This document shows positions 47,908 through 59,900 of a stretch of 64,000 nucleotides of DNA, piece by piece. This stretch comes from Phoronis australis (lineage: Eukaryota > Animalia > Phoronida). The position numbers were made by a program, and so were the translations under genes. The DNA lies in NCBI GenBank assembly GCA_002633005.1, contig NMRA01000205.1, forward strand, positions 297,273 to 361,272. Direction: 5' to 3'. Position 1 is the first letter of the stretch, and each line of letters begins with the position of its first letter. The notes under the pieces were generated by a model, which was given only the letters and a program-made list of their open reading frames with translations, made no database searches and was not told the DNA's origin.

Positions 47908-50900
47908 TTACAAGGTCGTCGACGTTACTGGGTGAAGTCCGTGAACAAGTACAGTAGGTGGCAGATTGTTGGTTATAGTTTCTAAATAACTTAGATAACG
48001 CTCACACTGCTCAGTCTCACTTGGGGCTGGAGGTAAGTAACAGAACACCACAGAAGTTTGGTTGCACTGCTGGAGAATGAGATCATTCACATTCTTCAAG
48101 TACTGATGAGGCAGCATGGGGCAACAGGTATCACCAAACACATCTGACGTTGTCTCAATGTTAGACTGGTCCAACGAAGAAATCACGTGTTCAAAAGCGA
48201 CAATTTTGATTTTAGCTAGAATTCGTAGCTGTACTAGCATTTCGTCTAGTTTCTTCTCTTTACGGTAGGTGTCCTCGTGTTGGCTGTCCACACACAGAAA
48301 GACTCGAAGGACGGTGTGGGACTTCCAGCCTGGTACCATGTTAATGATACAAGCAAGTTGTAGTAGGAACAAGCAGGTGTTGTCAAAGTAATTGGCAGAC
48401 TCTGGGTGGAAAAAGTTCACAGGCCACACATCGATGAATGTATCTGTCTTAGACTTTACAATCGCCTCCTTGTTCAGTGAGTTGAAATTACGGCAAATGA
48501 ACACGTTCTTGGACATTTTTAATGCATCATTAATCATTCGAACATATTCTACTTCAGAGACACTCTTCTGTTCACCCGATGCACGAATGGCGTCAAAGTG
48601 AGACAACATGTCCATATTTGGATGCCCATTCTCCGTTCCATAAAACCTGTGTTTTTTCTTCTTACAAATGTTCACGAGAAGAGAATCCTCTTGGACGCAT
48701 TCGTCATAGAACCCAAAACAAATCGTGTTCGGCTTCATCCCGCCCAATCCGGATAACCTGACCAGGTGATGCATACCTTCACGAATAGTCGGCGATACTG
48801 TGACTTCAACAAATGCCTTAATCCGCAAGCAGTCGACTAACCCCAGCCAGGCCGAATACTCCGTAGATACCATCTCCTCACGGCAATCGTCGTTACTACC
48901 CAACTTCACATGACCTAGGACATACAGTCCTCCCTTCTTGATGTCATTGACGAAATCGATCAATTGGCAACAGCCACGCGGGTTGGCGACCATCAAGAGG
49001 ATCTGGGGCCGCCAGTACTTGACGTGGTCCTTACGACTGTCCAGCATGAGGAGGTATTTGCGCACTTGGTGGAAGATGAGGGCCTGGCTGATAGAACCCC
49101 ACTCGGTAGGGAGGGAGCGCAAGTGCATTACGATGACAAGAATCATACAGACAATGATGGAAATGGCTGCGTAGATAGAGTTGATGAGGAAACTCATGAC
49201 GAACGAGCCCAACAGGCCGAGCACGCAGGTATGCCAAGAGAAGAACTTGAACGTTGGTCTGCAATAAAGAATCATATTTACTTAAATTTATGTTAATCGG
49301 TAACAAGAATCATACTACAATACTTGAATGTTAGTCTCGTAGAAAAAGAATCATGTGTAACTTGGACGTTGGACTGTAATAAAGAATCAGGGATAACAGC
49401 AGTATCAGCAGCAAAGGGCAGTGGACTATGTGTGAACATGGCCACACTATACTTGAATGTAAACCTGTGGTGAACAATCATGAATAGCCACACAAACAGG
49501 AACTCGAAATTCACTAGGTGGCGCTAGCGAACTAAATGTAATGCACGTATAGTCAAGAAGTCATGTTAGACTCTTATACCACAATGCCCCTCTGCTGAGG
49601 AACAGCCGTCTGTTCTTAATCTACTCAGAAGATAACAGGTGCTTCTTTCTTCTGTGGATTCATCAAGTGAATTTTAAGTGACCTTGGCATTTACGATCCA
49701 CAAAATTAACCTAAGCTCGTAGACAAGCCATAGCTAAATTTGACTTTCAACAATTTTATAAACATTGAAAGCCGATTTCATCCAGTAACTATTGATCTTT
49801 TGTTGGTTATACATTTTTTTTCAGTCAAAATCTGTCTATTCACCAGCATTTCGTTCGAGAAGTGAACTATGACTAATAACCAATGTCAAATTGGTCTCAA
49901 CTTTTTTTCTTATTCAGATGACAAGTGATTTCTGGGTTTACACAAAACAGTAGTTCATTATTCGTTGAGAACATGCCAGACACCTAAAATGATGCTCTGT
50001 AACGAGGCAACTTGTACAGATTGATAGCGAGCACTAACGCGCTGCCAGTTCCTCCTAAGTCTTGAAATCATCTCCAATTTGACTAAGCACCATTTTGAGA
50101 TCAATTTCGAAATCGTTAGTTGTCTAAATCAAAAGTTGGTTTAGTCAAAATTTTTCGTTTTAAATTGTGTCAATTCATATTTCATTCTCAGGGGTTACTT
50201 TCGCAAAATGGCCTCCACTGTGAATCAGATTGAACAAACAATAAACCAGGCGTTCAAAATCTCACCTGAAATTAGGAGCCGAGGCCAACTCTAGCGCGAG
50301 GCAGGACAAATTTGTGGATCCATAAGACAACAAAAATAGCACTGAGGCCATGGGAGCAATGGCGTTGAGTGATCCGATGATTAGAACAAGCTGAAAGGAA
50401 AACGGTTTGTTATTAAACCATACAAATGCCATATCAGGAAGAACACAATAAAGCAAGCGTAATAACTAGGATAGTGTAAGTCATGATTTATTTTAAATTA
50501 TACAGTGGTTTTCAAGACAAACTAAACCCACTTTGACAGAAACCTGCCACGCTCAATTAAACTATTAAGAAGAGTTGAATAACTTTAACTCTAACTTGAA
50601 CATGTCAGAGAGTGACGGGATAATATTCATGTTTAACTGCACATAGACTACTAGTGGGTTTAGATGTGTAGAGAAGTGGGATGTCACCCCTCCCCCCCTC
50701 CCACCCCGTTACATGACCTTGCAACAAGTGAACAGCCTGCACATGGAAACCAACAAGAAGTCTTACAAACCTTAGACATAATAGGTTATCACCATTAAGT
50801 CGAGGGCGGTTGGGCAAAAAAGCAATGGTTGGATATAACGTGCCCGCATTTTGAAAACCAGCTTTCTCCACTAAATAATGGGCATCAAAACATGAAACCT

Positions 50901-53900
50901 GGTTCTCAAAATGTGGGCACGTTAGATCTGGCAATTGCTGGACAAAAACCCCATTGCTTCTCATATCGCACAAGATCTATGGTTTGTTTACGAATGGACT
51001 CACAAGGTAAATGTCGCGATTCTGACAAAGTGCCCAGAGAAATACCCGTCGAGATTTTTTGGAAATTTAGCCAGTGTATCCACATTCAACTAGAGTCTGT
51101 TTCGTCGTAGTTTTGTGCATCAAGTCCTCTATTTGATTTCAATAATGCCCAGTCAATTTTGGAAACTATTTCAGTTTTTATTACTATATTCTATAGTCAT
51201 ACAAAAACAACGTTGAAAACACAGACCTGCACAAGGAACCAGGTGATGAGAACTGCTACCCAGGGATTCCCACTTTTGGTGGTTATTTTGGCTGGTTTCA
51301 GAATGACCCCTGCAATGCAAGATACAAACAGATTACAGAAACTAAACTGTAACCAGTAAAAGGATGACTGTGATCATATTGTCATAAAGATCAATTTTTG
51401 GTTTACAGGCAGATCTTGGGAGCTTGGGTGCTTGAAAACCCCGCTCCCCTACAGAAATGACGATCATACAAAGGGAACATCAACAAAACTGTACTTATTT
51501 ATAGGTAGAAGAGTACATCCGAAACTGTGTTAGGAAAAATCACCTGGAATCTCAGCCGTTACAGCTGAGCACTGGATAAAATGGATGACTGCAAAGACTG
51601 CTAAATCAAAGTAAATGGAATGGCCTATTAGGACAGGTCATTTTGTCCTGGCGTCATGACAATGAGCAATAGCATTTTGACACGTACTGTGAGCACCCTG
51701 ATAAAAGGTATTTTCCAGACAACAGACTACGGTGATTATTATTCCAGGCCAGTAGATGTCATTGTATGGCAGGAACCTGTTTTGCCCTAAACGTTGTGAG
51801 TTTACAAACAAAGTCAAAGCTTCATGCAAAATAAAAGATGGTAGCGTATTTTGAATTTCGAAAAACTAATGAAACTGATTAGTTTCTACAGGTGCTAATT
51901 AGACTTATGACCAAAACAGGTTGTAAGCCTTTGCGAAACAAGCCCCTGTAAACTCAATAAGACTAGACATTCTGCAGGGTTTCTACAGTCAGTTAGGTCT
52001 AAATAATAACCAATCCAAGAATAGAATAATTCAAACTTTAAAATGTAAAGTTTCGATAATATTATTTTTGTGGCATAACGAGAGCCAGCGCATAGGATTC
52101 CTGCAACTTGAACGAATCTTCACAATAACTTTTGTACATGTTAAAGTAACTTACAGAACAAATCATCCTTGGCCAAAGCTTCCAGCACACGAGAGGCACC
52201 AATGAGGTTGCCCAGAGCAGCAGACAACGTGGCAGCAAACAGGCCAATCAGAACAAAGCCTGGCCAGAGATTGACATCTTGAAGGTAAGTGTAGTTGTTA
52301 ATAAGTAATTTCCTAGAAAAGAATCACATCAATGCAGCTTAGAAAAGTTTAACATATCAAAAAAGACTAGAAAAACATATCATACAACTCAGATTAGTTA
52401 CTGTTGACAAAATTTGATAATAAACCATTGAAAGAACTTTAGACTTATCCACACACCAGCCAATGCTGAATATAAGAAAAAGGGTCAATTTAACTGCTCC
52501 AAGGCCAATTTGCATGCCTTACCTCAAGACCCTTTATTACTCCAAAGTTCATGACGGTACGTTTGATTTTTTTACCAATGAAAATACTATAACACAATCT
52601 GAAGTTACTTCAACTCTGTTACCAGATCAAGATGTAACCCAGTGTTTTAAGCTAGAACAAAGCCTTGATTCAAGTTTCAACAACGCTATGGCAACATGAT
52701 GACCCTTGGTTCAAACAGTTTCAGTATGATGCGCAAGTCTTTCAAATAAACCAGCTTCACATGCAGTCTCTGTCGTTCTTGTCGGGATACCTGGATCTAA
52801 TGGAGCTTTGGTCACTCTTTAAGAATGTCCACCGTAACAAGAACCCTGCCCTTTTCACAAGATCTCCGTATTCTCTGAATGCATATCGGATGATATTGAG
52901 CACAACACTATCACGTTAACACATTTTAGATTATAACTCGTCACGCAATAGTCTGATATAACATGCCCGTATTTTAATAACCAATTTGATGCCAATTATT
53001 CAGTGGAGAAAACTGGTTCTAAAAATTCGGGCACATTATATCAGACCATTACCACTGGTCGAGCACTTTTTAGCATATAATACACCGACAGTGTTACCTA
53101 CCGATCAGCAGTGGCAGCTGTGAGGAATGACAATAGCACATATGTACAAAACGTGAAGAATGTCGCACCTAGGGTACCCGAGGGTATTGATTTACTGGGA
53201 TTCTTCAACTCACCTGAAACACCAAAATATGCATTCTCATCACCAATGGTTTATATCGTAAAGTGTAACTAACAGAGTCTGTGTATGTGCAATTACAAGA
53301 AGAGAAAACATTTCATTCAAATCTTCTTTCAGTTCCACACGCTCAGCAGCATTTTCATTTTCTATGTTCATGCATTTTCAGATGCGTTGTTGATAACTTC
53401 AGCACAACTTCAGCACAATTAAACCTGTCCACCTTCACCAATCTGCCGTTGACAGGTTGGGACAGAGATACAGTAATAACGCTACAAAACAAGGACAACT
53501 GTACCACTCTAGAGTTCATGATCAGCAACAAAGCAAAATCAAGCAACACTGAATAACTATTCAACGGCCACAGATGAGGTCTCCTATGTTCGTTCAGACG
53601 AGTGCTCACATTCGTTTAAACACAAAACCTCAAATTCTAAGAAATATCACTAAGCAACCATGTTGTATTCGGTTTCACACCCATCCCTTGGTTAAGATTT
53701 AAAAGTCCTGAGACCCAACAAAAAAAATATTTTCCTGCACAAAAATGGCTAAGTTGTGCAATCAGAAGGCAACTCTGCTAAATCATTCCAACCAATCAAA
53801 TCCATCATGGAACATACCAGACATGTTAGCCCCATTCATAATTCCAGTAACACTACTGAAGAGAACGGCAAAGACTAGGGCAAAGTCCAACGGAGGGTTT

Positions 53901-56900
53901 GTCTTTGGAGCACTGTAATCTTTTTTGTAGTCAGCTGAAAAATATCACAAATGAACAGGGTGATCGTGAGACAACAGAAAGGGATATTTCATTCACTGCC
54001 TAAAACAGAAACTGTAAAGTTATAACGTCATGCTAAGTGGGCCTCAAACCTTTCCATACATTGATAGTTTATGTACGTAAGCAGCAATGCAAGCAGTGTG
54101 GAGAAAAACAATCTTCTTCCAGTTCTAGTTTGCAACGAGCCCTTTCATAAGTTCGGAATAACACAAAGTCATGCTCTTGTAGAATCACATAATACAACAG
54201 CTACCAAATATTCATGCAAAAACATTAATGACGTGTTCACAATTTACAATAGAAACAAATAATGACAAACTTACAAGACTACAGCACATGATGAGATGGT
54301 ACAAAAATATTACGCATGAAAAAACGGCCACAAAAACGAAGATGTCAGACCTGGAGAGTGTGAGGCAATACAGACTTGTTGAGAAATGCACTGAGCTTAG
54401 AAATATCAATAACAGGCATGTATCCCCTACACAGACATTTTGCATAGCTGTTATGGAAGAAATTAAAATGCCCCTCATGTCAGTCCATTGCCAACACCCC
54501 TCGTCATAATCCAGAATACTAATAAAATCAAATTAAAGGGTTTCTTTAATCTGCTGTGAATTTCGTACATGCATAAATTAGGTCCGTGTTCTCAATTTCA
54601 GGGAAATTAGGTGAGAAAATACTGATGGTACACTTACTTTTTACGCAGTTTGTAAAATGCACGTCTAGCTTTTGAGCAAACACACCACTTTGTCAGAGTG
54701 CACGCCCTGTTTGTATTGCCATCAGTCTTACGTTCACCTTATAAAGTGCTGCCTATGCACAAAAGCCTTTTACATCTACAATATTTATTTCTTTAGAATG
54801 AAGTTGAGTTTGTATTTACTCTTATTTTATTCAACAATCTCCAGTCTTGACCAAGAATATCATTTCATAATCCTAGATACACGCTTGCCCAAGCAATTGT
54901 CGAGAGTACCAGCAGCACAACTTGCTAGCCTACTTACGCAGCGCGTTGTCCCTGAACGTCTTGGCACTCATACCAGTATAGTTGAAGCAGTGGGTTACAT
55001 TCAGGTCACTGCTATCATTACCCCAAACGCGAAAGTTACTCCGAGGTATATTCACACATCTTGAACCGACAGCAAACATACTGACAACCACCATAAATGT
55101 ACAGATGACTACGATCTACAAACAAATAGGAAAGACAATCAACACGAGCACGACACGAAAGTCTGGGACCACAAATCTTAACTTAAAACTCGAGGCATAT
55201 TGTTGATTTGGAACACGAATAATGTGGCGAGATTGGATGCATTTTGAACTTTTGTAACTTTCGAAAACAAAAAAAGAAATTTGTTAAAAGTGATGCCGGT
55301 GGGCAATTTTTTTCTTGAAACAGTGAAGTATACGTTTCAAAATGAGTAAGGCACTGATCACAACCAATTATCCCATTTCCTTTGCTCTGAAAGAGATATC
55401 GAAACCTGTGACTCATAATGGGACAAAACACTATTTTTCTTAATTAACATTGATTTCATAACTTTGAGTCATTCTTTCATCAATTATTTTCAATATCTAT
55501 GAAAATCAGCCGGTTAAGCTGCAAAGCATTGACATGCAACTTCTTACGACTAGAATGGCGACGGATGTCCTGGCAAACATGGCGCCACCTATGAGGCAGA
55601 TGATGAGACAAAAGAAGAGAACACACGTTGCATACAGATATGTCCACCATCTTAGTGAATCATCGTCACTCAGTGGAGGCAAAGGATGGTCGACGCCAAT
55701 GGCACCTGAAATGAAGAACTGGTTATAAACAGAATTCACTGAATCTTAACAAACGCACGAGGTCCTCTTTTGTGCTGCTAAAATGGCTGCATGACTGTCC
55801 AAGATCACCATAAAACAAAATGTCTCTCTGATATGCTTTTGGATCACCAGGGCAGTGTTCCAGAGACCCAAGAGAATAGGTTGCACATGCCGTGAAAAAT
55901 GTGTGTTCACAGAGCGGAAAAAGTGAATTCTGTCCCGCTATTAAATATGACTTTCATCCCATTTTTCAATATTCCAAGCTCACCAACTAATTATTTCCGT
56001 CGGCGTTATTTTGCTAAGTTACGCTAGTAAGACCTCGAACATATTGGCGAAACACTCCGCTTTTACTCCTGTGATTTTGTGCGGTCTTGCGCGTTGTGTG
56101 ATCTCGATTTTTCCAACGGAAAATACTTGGTCACTACAGAGCACACTCCAGATTGTGAAGGAAATCTAGCAATATTCACATTTCAAAGATCAACAAACAG
56201 AGAAAACTTGGCAAAAATGTGCCTTTAAGTAACACAACATTACAGTAAAATGTCTTCAAATTGGAACACAACAGGGCAGTACAGTAAAATTCTATTTTAT
56301 CAAAAAATTCCACAAGATTTGACAAGACAATTTTGCTCAATTATCTGAAAACTTTATATAATACGGGTGTAATCAACAAACACGCGATGAAATTTTGAAA
56401 TTTTTTGGCAATACAATGCCCATTTGAAAAGTGAAATGATGAAACTTCTGGTCGTTACTTTAGTTTGAATTTGAGGAAACTTTACTGTGCCTTTATCACT
56501 AGAATGTGTGACCAAAAGAATGCTTAAACTACAGAACTAACCTCCCTTGCCAAAGTTGTCCACTAGGCCTTCCACAAAACCTGATATATACAGAGCGCAA
56601 GAGAACACATTGGCTAAAAAGAACAAGAAGCCGATACTGCCGCCAAACTCTGGGCCCAGGGCTCGGCTGATCATATCTGACGCAAACGAGTAAAGGATGA
56701 TAATTTTACATTACAGTCATTACAGCCTATAGATACACAGCGCTTCTAACAATCCAGGATTCCCTTACAATTAATTAATGATCATACTAAAAAACAATGT
56801 GCGAGCTTTTACATTAGATATGCCCAGAATCATCTATTTGAGTGAATAAAAACACAATGATGCCTCTTCTGAAGAACAACCAAACAGGTCTAAATTTATT

Positions 56901-59900
56901 TATATTATGATGATGGGCAGGGAAAATATCGGAATTAAACTTTCTTGACCTATATTACTTTTGAAAATTTGTTTTAATTTCAATAAATACAAACTGGAGA
57001 ACTTCTAAAGGCACAAAAGATACAATAAGCTCCGCCTCCCTCTACCGCCCCATTGGTCGAAATGGCACAAATTGACAGCACAGTGAAGAGAAGAATTGTG
57101 TAGGCTAGAATGAACTGTACGATTCCTTCTATCAAACCAGCTTGGCCAACAACAAGACCTGAAAGAGAAACAATAGCACAATTAAAACACGAAATTGAAT
57201 ATTAGCATTGATCACAGAGTTACTGAATAAGATCATAGTGTTACTGAATTAAGATCATAGTGTTACTGAATTAAGATCATAGTGTTACTGAATAAGATCA
57301 TAGTGTTACTGAATAAGATCATAGAGTTACTGAATTAAGATCATAGTGTTACTGAATTAAGATCATAGAGTTACTGAATTAAGATCATAGAGTTACTGAA
57401 TAAGATCATAGAGTTACTGAATAAGATTATAGTGTTACTGAATAAGATCATAGAGTTACTGAATAAGATTATAGTGTTACTGAATTAAGATCATAGTGTT
57501 ACTGAATTAAGATCATAGTGTTACTGAATAAGATCATAGTGTTACTGAATTAAGATCATGCTAACATCATTTCTACAATCTATTGGTCTATTTACACCAA
57601 CCTATTCACAATGGCACGTTTCCGTCGGTCATCTTAAGGTTTACAGCATTAGAAGAACGAGCACAGGTGTATAGTACACTCAATAGTAGTCAATGAGCAT
57701 AGGTGAATAGTACACTCGTGGTAGTCAATGAGCACTTTTTCCCCCACTGCACCACCGATCGGAAAAATGACCAACCAAAACGTTGTGCTTGAATATAAAC
57801 AGGCCAGAAGTTGGTGTAAACAGATCAATAGATTTTAGAAATGATGTTACCAAATCACCACTTCAAAGCAATTTTAGATCATACTGTATTCTTCAATATT
57901 GTACCTATACCGAAATTTATAAACTTCACTTTTGAATACAAATGTTGGATTACCCCCAATTTATGCAGACAAGGTATTTAGTTCCTTCAAAGTACTCAAT
58001 CCCTGCCTATGTGAAAGGCCATCTATGGAGTATTATAGCAACCAAATATGCAAGTTATTCGAATTCACTAAACTTGACACCAAACACTACATCATAGGCT
58101 GGCAATGTTACATAGTTCACCCAAAACTCAATTCATAAATGCATCCGTACGTCTTAAATTCTGCTTAGCGCGTCATGAGGTCTATGTCCAGGAGTGAGTT
58201 CCAAAGACGGAGAGTAGATTCTTGCGAAAACGCAAGAACACGCAAGACTTCACGAGATCAATGTATTACAGCGAAGCACATGACCACACTAACTTTAGAT
58301 ATAAGGGGCAAGGTAAGACTTAAAACTTATAATGAGCCTTCAGTGCTTCATTTTCTGTTTGTAAACTCTGCAAGACACACAGGGAAACTACATGAAGCTA
58401 AAATGAATGGCCAAAATGACAGTGAAAGACTAGTTTCCATCTAAAACTTATCTTGAATAAATATCTCAGATATCTCACAAGGCGACTTGAAATGTCACCA
58501 GATTTAGTTGCAAAACGTGCACAAGATTACAAGTTCCAACGATATTGATTTTATGCTGTCTGCAAAAAAAACGTGAATCACGAATCTGGTTACACGTCTG
58601 GCGGCTTATACATGTAACGTGTTGCCCAAAAGGAAACCAATTAAAATCTAAAAACATACATAAAATTCTAAGCAGATGACATAGACCAGAATCTCATTCA
58701 GGGAGCCTTTGATCAACCATAGCCACAGGGAAGCAGACACATAAACACACATGAACTTTGAGTTAGGCCTACTATACTTTGGTCAAATAGATCTCGGATT
58801 GCATTGAGATCAGTACCAAGTAACCCACATATACATACATGCAGGTATTGACTGGTGGAGAAAACACACCCCTTGAATGTGTAGCAAATAACTAATATGC
58901 AGGGGAAATGAAGAATGCCTCTAATGGGTCAAAAGTTCAAAGCACATTTACAGTGGTCAGTCTTTCACTGTGTGTTCAATTTGCAGCATGTAATTTGGAG
59001 GTGATTACAAAGAGGGACAAGCACAGGATGCACAATTAGCCCTTGTATCTGATTAGACGTCTGATCAACCATTTGATTCAACGACAGATCCGCCATCTAA
59101 AACAATCCTGATGTGTATTCGAACATGCACAGATACGATTCACAGAGTGAAAATCCTTGAGCATCCTAAAAGAGACTCTGTAACTAAGATATCATTCAAA
59201 TTAGAGAGAAAAAATCTGGCTATAATGAGAACACAATGATATTCCAATTAGAATGGAATGAGAATCTAAACTAATTTGCATAATATTCTCACTTGGTGAG
59301 AAATCATCTTGAAGCATGACTATTCAAGAATTCATAATGGGTGACATTCTCATTCAATGAGATTTGAAATAACATGACAATTTAGAAGGTATTGGCAACC
59401 CAAATGCTCTTCATGTTTGTGTGTTTATCTTGACGTTCCATTGAAGACTTACATGGTGAGGTGTTTAAAGACCAATGAAGTACATTCAAGTTAAAATGTT
59501 TAACCCTATACCCTCTTGTAGCATATGGGCGTTCAAGACAAGTTAAAGTCTTCATATTTACCCTTTGTTAGTGATAAACTGGACTACTGTGTACAGTAAT
59601 TGAGATGGCTTAGGAAAGGACTCCTACTGAACAATATCAACGCCTAAATATACGATAATCAGGAGAACCACCAACATATTGAAAACTGAGCAGCAAACAC
59701 AGAATAAGGACATCAGTCTAACTTAATGGTGTATGTGTTCCGCGCATTCTAGGATGTTAATTAACTCACAACTTCAGTCCAGCATTCCCTTTGGTTGAAC
59801 TGACACATAATATTCAGTTATTTCTCAGCATTTATACGAGAAACGATGACAATCCTCATATCGACAGTCCATGACACCGTTTTCTTTTGAACTAATTCTA

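Noticed and set aside
57210-57559. CRISPR-like array
   Set aside because: Repeats are contiguous with no unique spacers, there are no cas genes, and the context is a eukaryotic intron.
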